From NCBI GenBank assembly GCA_964016885.1, contig OZ024743.1, forward strand, positions 314,464,001 through 314,528,000: 64,000 bases of DNA, read 5' to 3'. The stretch comes from Eledone cirrhosa (lineage: Eukaryota). Each line of letters opens with the position of its first letter. Position 1 is the first letter of the stretch. A model generated the notes under the pieces. That model was not told the origin of the DNA, searched no databases, and saw only the letters and a program-made list of their open reading frames with translations. The position numbers and the translations under genes are program-made. This document shows, piece by piece, positions 23,628-39,348 of the stretch.

Positions 23628-26600
23628 CTATAGGCGCATGGTCAGAGTAGGCCCATTCACACGAGCCATTCTCGCCACATTCACCCACCTTTTAGCAAAT
23701 GTACGGGGGGGGGGCAGCAATTCTCTCTCCACCCTCACCTTCCCTTCCAGGTGAAACTTGAAGAAGTTGATGAGGGATTGGCCGAAGAGAGAAGTGTCTG
23801 TCTTCACTCCTTTTAACCTGGTCCACCATACAACCTCTTTTGCAACTGCCACCAGACAGAGGAAAATTTCCTGCTCTTCCTGACCTAAGGAAGGCGGTGG
23901 ATCGATATTCACTATGGACTCGGCCGATAGCCGGATTCGTTCCACACGCGAGAGTAGCTGTTCGACATAACTCCACAAGTCAGTAATGCACGGACATTGG
24001 ACAAGTGCGTGCAGAACGGTTTCGTCGTTCTGTGCGCATCTTGGGCAGGTCCGTCTGACAGCACTTCCGTGCCTGTAGAGTGTATCCTGAACCGGCAGTA
24101 CCTCGCCCCCCCCCCCCCCCCAGTAGCACTGCCAAGCGAGGGATTTCTGGAAATTGTCCATCGTCCCCGGCTCAAAAGTCCTCCGGTACAGACTGGTCAG
24201 TTCGACTTCGTCGAGGCCCAAAGCTTCTCCGAGTGCGTCATCGCACTTGCCCACCACTAATCCTCCATAGAACTCGAGAGTGGAAGTTCCACTGATCGCA
24301 TTGCCCGCTTGGTAGAGGGCAGTGAGTGCCTGGTAACATTCCAGGTGCCAGTCACCCAGTCTCGGTCTCTTCCTGACCCAGGACTGTAGCTCAGTCAAAG
24401 AAATGAGCTGCGGAAAGGCCCGTCTGATAAACGGCGACCACACCTGTTCACCGTTGAGGCAGAATATCTGGAGATGCCGCAGCCTCAACGCATGTCTGCG
24501 CATCATTAGCCACGGCATGCCCAGCCCTCCGCGTAGAGGGTGCTGGCAGCAGATGGACCGCCTGACCAGCGGAACTTGTCTCCTCCACAAGAATTTGAAG
24601 AGGAGCCGTTCCAACTTGACGAGGCGCGGACGGGGGCAAGGCACGACGGTCAGGCGCTAGTAGATAACGGACGCGATGTACGCATTCGCCACCTCCGCGC
24701 GACCTTTCAGTGATAGCTTCCTCCCAGCCCATTTTTGAGTGAGACTGGCTACTCTGCTCGTTACCTCGTCCCAATTCTTTTCCACCTGGAGGTCTGGTCC
24801 GAACCAAACCCCGAGCAACTTTACCGGTCCATCCGTCCAGCACCCACGACGCTGTTGGACGGCATGGGTTTGCCTCTCCAGGTTCCGAGCTGCAAGCCCA
24901 CCGACTTTTCCGAGTTAAGTTTGGCTCCTGTCAACCTTTCATATTCCTTCAATTAGGTGCCGACCACCTCGATTTCTGAGGTGTTCGACACCTTCACGGT
25001 GATGTCGTCCGCATAAGCCGACACCGCCTTTCCACGTTCCGGTTCGAGCGGGATGCCCTGCAACAGCTCCAGCTTCCGCAGTAAAATACGTACAGAAGGG
25101 AAGAGAGAGGGCACCCTTGATGTACCGATCGGGAGAGCCGAAATGGTTCCGAGAGGTGGCCATTACCCTTGACCACCGAGCGTGTGCCGCTGTGCATTGC
25201 AGCGATCCAGCTTCTAAAGACAGGGCCGAAGCCAGCTGCTTTGAGGACAAACTCCAGATACCGACGTCGGCCCTATCGAATGCTTTCGAATGATCTAAAT
25301 TGATCAGTGCCCCACCGAAGCCAGGTTTACACCCTACCCTCTCTATGATGTATCGCATGAGGTGGAGATTGTCTTGTATGGACCTGGCTGGGATTGCGCA
25401 AGTTTACGCCTCCACAACAAAATCCTCGTCGACAAGCGCCAATCTCTTTGTAACACCTTTGCCAAAATCTTAAACTCTGTGTTGAGCAGAATTATGGGCC
25501 TGAAGTTGTCTAATATATCCCTCTTGTTCTCGTCTTTCCTTATCAGCGTCACCACTCACCTGCTCATAGAACTGGGAATACTCCCATTCTGCTGCCAGTT
25601 GCTGTAGAGTGCTTCGATGAGTTCGGAGAACAGGTCTGGCATATTTACGTAAAGCTCGTAGGGCAGGCCATCCAAACCGGGTGACTTTCGCATCATGCAG
25701 CCGACAAGGGCGTCCTGAATTTCGGCTGAAGTAATCGGCCTTTCGCAACGCTCAGCGTCGACCGTCGAGATGCGCGGCAAGCCGTCAAGGTAGGGACTGA
25801 AATCCCTACTCTCTCTGACTCGCTACTCTCCCCGAACAACCGAGCAAAGTGCTGGCGAAAGGCCTCACACATCCGCTTGGAATCGCTTATCTCGTGTCCG
25901 TCTCGGTCCGCCAAAGACCGAATTGTGGTTTTATTACCACGCTGCGCCTCCGCCACGCGGGCCCATCGAACAGCTTTAGTTCCCTCGTTTCTCAGCTCAC
26001 GCGCCTTAGCTCTGACAATGCAACCTTCGTGTTTGGTATTGAAGAAATGGTCTAATGCCATTCTCGCCGCTAGCACGTCAGTTGCAATACCACTAACAAT
26101 AGCCTCGTCTAACTTATCTACCAGCTCCCCCTCCTTTCTATTTTTCTCTAACGCTAGTTATTTGCTGAACTCTATCGAAGTTACTCTAATCTCTCTTTTG
26201 AGAGCCCCCCACCATCTGTTGTTGATGATCCCCCCTGTCAACTTTTGCTTAACTAAATTGTTGACTCGGTCCCTGTAAGCCTTACGTGCCGGAAATGACA
26301 TGTTCAGCTTCCAGTAACCCGGTCCTAACCTCCGCGTTTTATCTAGGTCGACCGTACAGATCACAAATTTGTGATCTGAATAGGCGATCATTTTAAAAAG
26401 TGGGCAGCCCACACTATTTCTATATATTTTCCTAATGAAGATCCTGTCTATATACGATCTAGATGACCCCATTCGGTTGGTCCATGTCCACATTGGCACA
26501 TTGGGGAAATCTAGTCGATACCTGTCAGACAGTTGGAACTGGCTGAGTAGGTGTTTGATGTTTTTGCACCCCCCGCTCCTATCGGCTACTCCCACACATT

Positions 26601-27051
26601 CCCAGCGTGCGTCTAAGATGCCATTCCAGTCCCCCGCTAACAGTAAAGGGCGAGACGTACCCAGAAAGGTCTCCAGGCGCCTAAAGAAGTCAGGTCGTCC
26701 GGCCCCTGTAGGGGCGTAGACGGCCAGCAGTCTAAAGGCACCACCTTCGCTACTGCTCATATCCAAGACCACCAACTTACCATTCGGGTCCCGGAAGATC
26801 GACCTTACCTCGAGATCCAGTCCTTTCCTAAACAGCACTGCCCCCCCCCCCCCCATTCCCGGTCTGCTAACAGATGCGAAGATCTGACAGTCGTCGAAAA
26901 TTGGGGCTAGTGCGTGCGAGTCGGAAATGCTGGTCTCGCTGACGGCAATTACATCCATTTCCAGCGACCTGAGGTTGTTGAGCAGGCGACCCTGCTTCCA
27001 GGGTGACCCCAGGCCGCGAACATTTAAACTTCCTAGTCATAATATGACCAT
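23628..27051 (-). pseudogene. LINE ORF2: AP endonuclease, reverse transcriptase and zinc finger, with stops and frameshifts
   Basis: GSLNVRGL, AVSET, VYAP, AGDWN, SYIDRI, YSDH, GYWKLN; KSPGLDGLP, NFRPI.LLN, LDHSKAFDR, QGCPLS, YADD; CPRC..ETVLHALVQC. Confidence 0.92.
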
Positions 27052-27080
27052 ATTGGTAAGCTAAAAGAGAGAGGGAAGGT

Positions 27081-29044
27081 TTACTTACCTCCCGGGGTCT
27101 TGTGAAGGTCGGGTTGTTCGACCTCCATGGTTGGTGGGATCTCTTTTGGGAACCTCTTTAAAAGTCTTGATGTGGGTTTCACATCGGGGTTCCCACGTCT
27201 TGAGGAAAGCTCTCTCGAATTTCTTTGAAGTAATTGAGTGACATTCGGACCAGAAGCAGATCTTCTGGCACGCAAAATGTGCTCATTTAAAAAATCTCGC
27301 CCTCTGTTTGAATGTCCTGGCTTCGTGTTAAGAGGGCCATCAGTTTATCGTTGGCCCTTCTGACAAGCACGAAGTTTTTAACATTTTGTTGGTGTGGTTT
27401 TATTTGTTTTCGTTTTGGTGACTGTGGTGGTGATGGTTTTGGTGGTGTTGTTTCGAGTATTCTGTGTTTGTTGTAGGTGTGGTGTCTGCAATTTCAGTAT
27501 TTGTGTGTTGATTTGTACTTGTGTTTGTTTAGGTTGTTTGCGTTTCGGGGATTGTGGGGGTGGTTTCGATGTTGCTGTTGGTGATGATGTTATTGGGGAA
27601 GTGTTTGCGTTAGTGGTGTCTGTATTTTATGTTCTGTATGTTTTTGTGTTTGTTGGGGATTTTTTTTTGTGAGTTTTCTCTGTTTTTTGGCACTTTTGGG
27701 TTTTCCTTCATCTTCGCTGCTGGAAGACAAAGGGTCTGTGGCTGTGAGTGTCTCTGTGTCTGTGTGTGCGTTTATTGTTTTGTCTATGTGTATAATTGGG
27801 GGTGGGGAGGGGGAGAGCTTTCCTCGTTTTCCACTTGAATTGGTTTTGGTGTTGGTGTTGATCCGGCTGTTTTTGATGTTGGTGTCCGTGTTTTTGTTGG
27901 TGTTGTTTTTGGTGGTGGTGGTAGTGCAGCCTTCCGTGCTGACACTGGCGTTGGCAACAATGGAGGTTTGCGACCCCCTGCATTTTTGCGCTGAGGGCAG
28001 AAGGCTTGAAGATGCGTTGCTTCCCCGCAGACGAAGTAGCGTGGCCTTCTTCCGTTAATGATTAGTTGGATTGTTGTCCCGTCCTGCAGGCGGGCAAAAT
28101 CCGGGATGTTGTTCATGTCCTCCGGTTTCATTTGGAGAAGAAACTCCAAATCCATTCCGGACCAGTTTTCTCTCTCTGTCCTTTTGATATCCAGGAGGGT
28201 AGTGTCTGTCCCCTCCTCGATTACGCTTCCCAGCAGCCACCATATGTTCATTCCTGGTGGGATGCTGGGAATGCGTACCTTGACTGTCCTTTTACCCATG
28301 TAGGACGGATGCATGATAATGTGTTCCGTTCTGCTGGGGGTCACCTAGTGCTTAATAGCGAGTGCCTCGGTTTTGAACAGTACCGAGATGGTACCGAACT
28401 GTTTGCCTCTTGCTTTGTACTCTATGTTACTTCCGATGTACTCCAAAGCAGCCTCGACCTCTGCTAGGCTGGCAAGTTCCACTTTTCGTGTCTGCACCGA
28501 AATGCATCGAAATAACACCGTCCTCCTTTGCCTCGTCCCCGATGGTCAGGTTTGCCCAGGACTTCTCCCGCTTAATTAGCCTCCACGCTTGTGCTAACTG
28601 TTCTTCTTTATCGCTAATATCAATATCAATATTCAATAAGCGCTTTGTTTTTGCTGTTGCTGCAGCAAATGTGGTGCTTCTGATGCTCTTATTGTTGGTG
28701 TGGTCATTCTTGCTGTTGTTATTGGTGTTGTTGTTGTTGTTTTGTTTGTTGATGTTGTTGCCACCGCCATCCGTGTTTACATTGAAACTGTCGGTGTTAT
28801 TGTCGTTATTGCGCTGAGTTGTTGTTGTTGTGGTGGTGTTGGCGGTGGTGGTGATGTCGTTTTCAGACGATACTGCTGCTATCACAGAAGGTTGTGATGG
28901 TAACTTTTTAGTTTAGCCTTCACATTCAGTAGAGTGGATGACAGGCATGACTGTAGCCGTCGTAGTCGTGGTGAAATCTACAGTGGCTGCCTTTAAACTT
29001 TTGACCTGAACGTTGTTTACCGTTTCAAGGTCGAAAATTTCCAT
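27081..29044 (-). pseudogene. LINE ORF1 (gag-like) with degenerate zinc knuckle and low-complexity N/T/Q tracts
   Basis: GRRPRYFVCGEATHLQAFC (CCHC knuckle with C>Y); lies upstream of ORF2; broken into several ORFs. Confidence 0.75.
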
Positions 29045-29266
29045 AATTTTTTTTGGTGGGGAAGCGATTTTTTTCGAAGTTTTAAAAAAATAAGTCTGAA
29101 TATTCGGGCTTAAATCCCGAATATTGAGAGGTATCCCTCTCTTTAAATCAAGATGTGTACCTTAAGTTTCGTTAACGACAAGAAAATACAAAAAATGACA
29201 CTTTAAAACAGCTTAAAGTACGAACCTTTTCCCACGCAGATTTGTAGTCTTCACACATGTTCGGCC

Positions 29267-29298
<32 letters not shown>

Positions 29299-29789
29299 TT
29301 CTTGATAACAAATTTCAATAATATTTCCTTTCTCTTCGGGTAGAAGGGGAAGATTTATTACTCGTGAAGCTATGAACGAAATTTAGCGTTTATTTTTAGC
29401 TGCTGTAACCTAATATCGTTCGGTTAATGAGATATATGGCTCTCATAAAGACCTGTAAGAGATAACAATATATATTGTTATTATTGTCATTATTATTATT
29501 CTTATTGATGTCTATTAACAATAAATATAATTCCTTCCTTACATTATTGAAATTATATCTCTGTATGTTCTTCGATATATAAGAATGAAATGATGAGAAA
29601 TCAAGGCTGAAAAACAATTATTGATTTATTGATTGTTTCGCCAACATTAAAATATAATTGAGTTAAGTGATAGCTGTCAGATTTTTCCTGAAAATAAATT
29701 TGAACAGTTATCACTTATCTTTTAGTTGATATTTAATAAAATGTTCAACTAAAGACATGAAGACATCCTATAGCGTGCCGATGGTAAAA

Positions 29790-30320
<531 letters not shown>

Positions 30321-30619
30321 ATGTAAAATAAATGTCATTTATAAATTGAAATGATAGAACACTTGTAAAAATACTCCTGAACGAAGGTTCAGGGAAAGTT
30401 GTTATTTATTAATCTACAGACAATTTATTACAGTTTTAATGAGTTAATGTATGTTAAAAATGAAATTGAAAAATAAAAATATCCTACCTACACATATTTA
30501 CAGCCCCTTGCACCCCTAGCAGGATATTTGCAGCGATGAACCTTTTCTCGTCTATCACTCATCCTCGATTAACACACAACAGGTTTTTTTATTACGTGCA
30601 TTATACTACTGTGTGTGTG

Positions 30620-30650
<31 letters not shown>

Positions 30651-30699
30651 CTGTATGTGTATATCTCTCTATCTATCAATCAATCTATTTATCTATATC

Positions 30700-31440
<741 letters not shown>

Positions 31441-31489
31441 GAAATATAAAGATAGGCAGGAAGCAGATAAAATGTTGAATGTTTTTAGT

Positions 31490-31850
31490 GTTAATGATGA
31501 GGAAAACTAAGATGATGACGAGGAAGTTGAAAAAGTTGATGAAATATTATAAGATGATTATGAAAATGCATTGTCATCATGATTATGATGTGAGATGAAA
31601 AGGATACGATCATGTTGATCGTGCAGATAGCGAAACCTGATGGTGATTATGATAATGAATATGATAATAATGATGATGATGATGAATATGTTCTTGAAAA
31701 TGATGATGATGATGATGATGATGGAGAAGCTAAGATATAAATAAAAAAGACCTGAAAATGGTGGTCATGGTCATAAATAATGAGAACATGGTAGAAATGG
31801 TGATGACGATGATGATGAAGAACGAGAAGATTACCATTGGAGGGAGGAGG
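31490..31850. repeat. Degenerate (GAT)n trinucleotide repeat
   Basis: Runs of gatgatgat. Confidence 0.85.
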
Positions 31851-32560
31851 TTAATGGAAACAAAGAAAATATTTCTTTTCATTTTTAAAAAGTTATCTTC
31901 AAATATCCGCCTCTTTTAACGGTATAAAATAAACAAAATCAGTGATGTAAATATTAACAGACAGCTATTAAATTATATTGAAGAACTTTAAGTTCCGTGA
32001 CATGAAAACATATATTTAGATGTGTGATCAAATTTTAGTTATAATATCTAAAACATATAACTTTATACATTGTGTGTGATTTATTATTTTATATCATATA
32101 AGTATATAATATAATGCTATTGGATATACGGTAAAATTTGATATCTGTGATCCCTCATCTTATCACCTATATTATCATCATCGTCATCATCATTAATTCC
32201 ATACTGTTACATTTTCTTCTCGTACTTTTTCTTTTTCTATTTGCTACCTTTTTCTTTCTTTTCCCTTTGTTGGCATAGTTATTAGAGTCAGGCAATATAC
32301 GTTGATTTTACGCTTTTACCTGCGTAGTTCCAATCACGCCGTAGTCATATGTTTGCCCTCATCATTTCGGGGTTGATGAATAAAGTGCCAGTTAAATACT
32401 AGAGACGATTTCTCCAATATTAGCATTCTCTAATTATAATTCTACAAAATAATCAAACGAACGCGATATATCCCATGAACTTTCTCATCAATTGAGTACA
32501 AGTATGAGGCTCACTCAACTTTGCAACAAAATGGTGGTCATTATTTGAAACATGGTTTCA

Positions 32561-33187
32561 GGGCGGTGGATTGGCAGTATCGGTAGAGGGTCGGACGCCA
32601 TGCTTTCCAGCATAGTTACGTCCCTTTACCATCTGAGTTCAAATCCCGCCGAGGTTGACTTTGCCTTTCATCCTTACGGGGTCGATAAAATAAAGTACCA
32701 GTAATGCACTGGTAATTGCTGGCCTTGTGCCTAAAGTAGAAACAATTATTTGAAACATGGTTCATGGTGGAGGATTAGCAGAATCAGTAGAGCGTTGGAA
32801 ATCATGCTTTACGGCATAGAGTAAAGTCCCCGTACATGCTGAGTTCAAATCACGACGTGGTTAGCTTTGCCTTTCATCCTTACCAGGCCGATAAATTAAT
32901 GTACCTTTAACACAATAGGCTCGATTTAATTCACTTTCACCTCCCGCAAAGTTATCAGCCTTGTGCCTCAATTAGAAACCATTATTTGAAACATCGTAAT
33001 GGTGGAATCGGTAGAGTGTCGGACTACATGCTTTGGGGCATAGAGTTTCGTCCTTTCACATTCTGAGTTTACTTTGCCTTTCATCCTTTCGGGGTCGATA
33101 AGTACCAGTAACACACTAGAGTAAAATTAATCGACGTTCCCATTCTCCAGAGTTGTTGGCATTGACCCTAAATCAGAAACCAGTATT
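32561..33187 (+). mobile_element. Three tandem SINEs separated by a repeated tatttgaaacat(gg) spacer
   Basis: Copies at 32561-32750, 32766-32985 and 33000-33187; spacer at about 32541, 32746, 32982 and 33184. Confidence 0.88.
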
Positions 33188-34139
33188 TGAAACATGGTTG
33201 AAGCTGTTAAAAGAGAATTATATATGATACGCCCAGGTCTCAGTATTTCTAAAACGCAGTTTAATCACAGCATAGGTTTTAACTGCATACAGGCATAGCC
33301 TTATTTATTAGTTATGTACCAATATCCGTTTCTTGGTTGTCTCATTATTACTTATTTCATCTTAAAGCTGACAGTAGTGTGAAAAGCAACGTCAAGCCAG
33401 AAAGTAATTATGAATAATAAATGAACATCGAGGAGTTAACTAATACAAACTTTATATTGTATCGAGTCGAATACAGAAAGTTTCCTGCGAGAAAATATCA
33501 AAGTTAGGGATGTATTAATAAAATGTGTTTATTATTTCACATTATTTAATTGCGAACTGATCAAACGTTGATTACTGAATACACACCTGGAAATGGACAG
33601 ACAGTAAACTAATCAGCAAGATTAGTTTTCCAACAACAGTTTAATGTTAATGTATGAATGGATGGCTATGGAAGTCATCCTGGACGGTTTTAAATATAGA
33701 AAAAGCATTGTTTTTCGGTTGATAGTTAGTAATATCTTGTTGAATGCAATAAGGCGTATTTTGGAAATTTCTAAACTTGTGACAAATAATATTCATAAGG
33801 TTACATTCATCTAGAGTAATATATATTCGTAAGTCAGAATAGTAATCAATTATACCAACACCATTGCTAGTGGAAAGTATTTTATGAAACTGAATACACA
33901 ATTGATGTAGCAGAAAAGTATATAACTACGCAAAATCGAACATACGACATAGAAGCAAAGTGGGAAACGTGAACATAGTTTCGGAACCTGCTAGAATTCG
34001 AATCCAAATATCCCTCATCTCCCAACATCCCATCTACCAGTTCGATAACATATAGAAACGGTAGAAAAATAATAGACTGTTCCTAAAAAAAAGTGTTGTT
34101 GTTGGTCATACTTTAAATAGCCTTTATCATAGGCATAAG

Positions 34140-34270
34140 CGGCGAATTGGCAGAGTCTTTAGAACATTGGATAGAATGCTTTGTTGCATTCGTCCCAGCT
34201 CTTTTTTTCTCTAAGTTCACATCCTACCGAGGTCAACTTTGCCTTTCATCCTTCCCAGGTCTATAAAAAA
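34140..34270 (+). mobile_element. Degenerate SINE
   Basis: ggcgaattggcagag...gaggtcaactttgcctttcatcc. Confidence 0.7.
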
Positions 34271-34405
34271 ATGTTGGTCTAATGGTAATACATTGGTCCA
34301 ACAAACGAAAGATGTAGGTTCGTGTCCCAAGTACGTCAATGCTCATCTTTTTCCATTCAGAGGATTCCAAATAACAGACTAATTCTGTGTAATCAAATAC
34401 TACAT

Positions 34406-34450
<45 letters not shown>

Positions 34451-34900
34451 TGTGTGTGTGTGTGTGTGCGTGTGCATGAATGTATGTGTGTGTGCGTGAA
34501 TAATAATTTCATGAGTAATACAAATAACGAAAGAATAGATATATAACAAGTCTACACTAAAAATTATGAAAAGAAGCAATCTGTTTAAAGTATTAAAAGA
34601 AATATTAAAAACGGACATCTAAATATTATAATGCCATATCCATACTCTGTTATTAATTGAAAAAATGACGAAATATATTCAGAGTTTCAGAGCAATATGG
34701 CGTTTCCTTATTGTCTACGAAGAAAAATATGTAATAACAAAGTGGAATGTGAAACGAAAAAGAAATACAAGAAAGCCTGGGAAAAACAAACACTGAATCG
34801 CATACAACTGTAAAAGAATCGATAATGTAAAGTTTATTTTTTACCTCGTCTCTATATGAAGATATAGTTCAACAGAGTGCGAGCTGATACACACACAAAA

Positions 34901-34950
<50 letters not shown>

Positions 34951-35246
34951 ACATGTATATATCTATATGTGTGTGTGTGTATGTGTGTGTGTGTATCCCG
35001 GTTTCAATCGGAGGTAACCACAGTAAGTAAGGTACTCAATACATAGCAGAGTATAAATATTTAATACAGAAATGGCTTCTACAGGAATAGAATCGTTTGA
35101 TTCGAAGGAAATCATCAGGCCTTTCCTGGTGATTTCCTTCGAATGAAAAAGTTCTAGTCCTGTAGAAGTCATTTCTATATTAAATATATATATATACACA
35201 CAAATGCACACACACACACATACATACACAGACATATGCACGCACG

Positions 35247-35290
<44 letters not shown>

Positions 35291-37128
35291 CATAGTGTTA
35301 TACTTCGGCAGAACATGCTGCGCCAATAAAAACACACGCAGTGACTGATCCCGTATTCTGTGTCACTCCTTTGTTCTGTCCTACACCATCTTGTTTTTGT
35401 CAGCACAGAGGTCAAATAATGTGTAACGAAGGACCTCTGAGGTTAAATAAACAACCATCCGGTTATTGAACCAACCAACTGGAAATTTATAATAAATTGA
35501 AGTGAAATCCAACGGGCGCATGTGTTTTTATTGTCAGCATGACCCTCACAAAGTAAAACGATATCTGTTTCAACACACGTTTTTTTATAAGAAATCTTTT
35601 TTATAAGAAAACAAATTAAAAATGAAGTATACGTCTGAACACAGAAGAGCCGACCTCCCACTCTCATCACCTCCATCTTTCTCCCCCTCCCCATCGCTCT
35701 CTATTATTAGCAAATCGGGTCCAACAAGCTATCCGCAACACGGCCTCGGCGGACAGAATAGGGAAGGTGTTTACCCTGAGGAGGTTAAAGTAGATGCGCT
35801 GGAAGAGCTATTCCATCTAACGAGGCTCACACCTGCAACTATCTAGCTCAGTGCCTATTATGGTAAATAGCCCTAGGACCAAGGACACTAGAAGTTTCCA
35901 CTGCTAAGGGCTCATCCGCAAACCTGTTGGAGAGAGTCTGATACTTGGCGAGTTTAGCATCCTCTGCCCGAAGTGCAGCAGAACCTATCTTAGTCGCAGA
36001 CTGCACCAGGTTGCCGCTGGGGAACGTGCCGCTCCAGTTGGGATCCCAGTCGAGGGGTTTACCAATGCGGAGGGAAAGATGGTCATGCCGCCTGGCCTTT
36101 TGCCTTCCCTTCGGTCCAGCCTCACCGAGCCATGCTTTATTGCCCTCGTTGAGGGCAGCTTGGTGAGGAAGGCGGCTGGCTCAGTAGCGACAGGAAAACG
36201 GATGAAGGCCGAAAGAGACCACGGTGGATCGGCAGGAACATTCGTGCGACTCACTCGCAGATCCGGAATACAAGCCTCAGGGGAGCCCCGATGCGTAGGC
36301 TATCATGTCCAGCTCCGAGCCAGTAGTGAAGAAGGGTAAGGCATGGAGCAAGGCACTGCTGTGGCGTTGCGAGCCCGCGTGAAAACATGCAAGGTGGTAC
36401 TGGTTGAGCTAGCGCACTATCCTGTCTGAGGCCCGATTGCACTGGATGGCCTCCCAAATAATCTGGGGAGACTACTAGTTACGTGTATATTTTATTTAAT
36501 CGTAATTATGATTTACATTCGAGTGTGTATATTATGTGTATTTCAAATGAATAATGACACTGATAATTATAGCATTTGCGTCGCTTTTTGTTATATTTTC
36601 TGCTCCAATATTTATATTTTTCATCATGCATTCATTTCGCTTAATTCTTAATAAATTGGGTATTTTCTTTATTCTTATTTTGGTTTTTAGGTCATGAAGT
36701 AGAAACTACACTTCCTGTATTCTTCACCTTATAATCGTTTCTCTCATTTCTTCATTAGCTTAATATCTCCTTGAATATTAATTGTTTTTCTTTATGATCT
36801 GTTGTGAAACCTGCGCCTCCAGACACGCGACAACACGGCATATTGGTGGATAGATTGTGGGTTTAACGTCAAGTGCATAGGGAAGAGGATCGATTAAAAC
36901 ATATTACGTATTGGTGTAGTAGTCGATACAAGTAATAACAAATAGTGCATTCAATAATTATTTTGCGATTGCGCTGGGTGTGTGTGCATTCGAACAGAAC
37001 TCCAAAGTCATCAGCCGTCGAGATGGACTTCTGGCTGTTTCGATACCTACCGATGGTACTGCTAATCCATCCAGGGTCACAGTGCCTGATATAAGCCAAA
37101 GTTCTCTCCGTCGTGTAAAAGACAAGAA

Positions 37129-37755
<627 letters not shown>

Positions 37756-38239
37756 ATATATATATATATATATATACAGTATTTTCCGTTGTATTGTAAT
37801 ATAAATATTACACACAGTAGATTGACAGCTCACGTAGAGTTTGCTCGACGGTTCCAGTTGTAGTTCCAAAAGTAATCCGGAGAAAAATAGAAAGATTTGA
37901 ATGGATACAGTTTAGTTGAAAGGAATTTATTGACACTTGTTTCTGTAACAGTTACATAACCTGAAAACAGCTGCTATCTACAAAGTTTTAGTTATGCAGA
38001 CATTCAATATTTCAATGTTATTATTTACTGTCATTTCATCAGAATAATATTATTGATGACCTATTTGGTTTTTATAGAGAATATTAGGAGGGAGGGGTGA
38101 AGTTGTTAGAAGAATAGTTGAGGGAGTGGTTTGTTGATAGCAGTGAGAATTTTTGGTGGCAGTGAGTAATTAGATTCCCATCTGTTGTTTTGACATTTTT
38201 ATAGAATATATTATTGGTTATTTTTCAAAATGTATAGAA

Positions 38240-38477
38240 GGATTAGAGATAGTAAAGATATGCGTGGTTGGTTTTGTGTTTGCACTTAATTAACATTCAG
38301 ACTTAAATTTTTCTTTCAAGTGTACGTATCCTATGTATTTTGTAGAGGTGTGCAAATATATTTGTGTGTGAATGCGTGGGTGAAAGGATACGTACACTTG
38401 AAAGAAAAATTTAAGTCTGAATGTTAATTAAGTGCAAACACAAAACCAACCACGCATATCTTTACTATCTCTAATCC
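38240..38477. repeat. Perfect 93-bp inverted repeat with a 52-bp spacer
   Basis: 38240-38332 is the exact reverse complement of 38385-38477. Confidence 0.92.
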
Positions 38478-38687
38478 GCCGTGGAGGTCCGTAAATTCGC
38501 TCTGGAGTCTGTGGGCTATATAGATCCCAACCAGATCCGTAACTTCCGCCGAATCATTAGAACCCATCGTAATGTCGAATTCCGAGGGTCTATCTCTGCG
38601 GACCCAATAACTATTTTCAAAATGCACTACTGTGCGTCTAGCTTCAAGTATAATATTAATTTGCTCGTTTGTGAGGTCCGAGTTAGA

Positions 38688-38690
<3 letters not shown>
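38475..38690 (-). pseudogene. Naiad-type PLE RT fragment
   Basis: IILEARRTV...YWVRR...FDITMGSNDSAEVTDLVG..HGGL, homologous to 50550-50750. Confidence 0.85.
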
Positions 38691-38756
<66 letters not shown>

Positions 38757-39348
38757 CAAAGGAAATGTGGTAAGTAACCAGATGGACCATAACGCACCAG
38801 AGTACTCAATATTTAAGGTAGTAGAGTGGGAAATAGGAAAAAGTATGGCCCCGACGATAGAGCTCAAGCCATTTCGACGGCTATTTCTGGACTAAATAAG
38901 AATGTTTAGCCTGGTGAATAAATAGCGGAACCTGTCAAGGGGGTCCTTCCTTATATGGGAAGTTTGTAGTTGTCAACAGGATTGGTTAAAATTTGTTGTA
39001 AATACAAATAAGTCTATCATGGCATTTGGTGGGTGGTAGGTATATCCGTCGTGTGTACTATGTATTGATGAACGAATAAATATTCTAAAGAGATTACGCA
39101 ATAGTGTTCGCCTAAACACGAATTCTTCACACGTTGTCCACACGTCTGGAAACACCTCTTACATAACTAGAAGCTCCGGATTGAATTACAACAACATGCC
39201 AATTTTATTATCAACTAGAAACATTTTCGGACTTTCGCAGTTACCTCCCTTACACCTCTCGCACGCAATTTAGTATTGCCTATGTGAAGTGATTATTTCT
39301 GCGCATGCGCGTTCGTACGGTTGCCCTTCCCGTTCCGTATAACCATGT

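Larger units (their letters stand above)
23329..29266 (-). mobile_element. Full-length Tx1-clade LINE (about 5.9 kb), decayed
   Basis: 5'UTR, ORF1, ORF2 (APE-RT-CCHC), 3' AATAAA (23360-23365) and (TTG)n tail. The 5' end abuts (AAT)n. Confidence 0.9.

Noticed and set aside
31490-31850. Acidic Asp/Glu-rich coding region
   Set aside because: Degenerate (GAT)n repeat with stops in all frames.
32561-32660. SINE heads as tRNA genes
   Set aside because: A/B boxes are present but there is no cloverleaf, and they are always attached to the SINE body.
36990-37050. Minus-strand GAAA...GTC...CTGATGA as a type II hammerhead
   Set aside because: Helices I and II do not pair.
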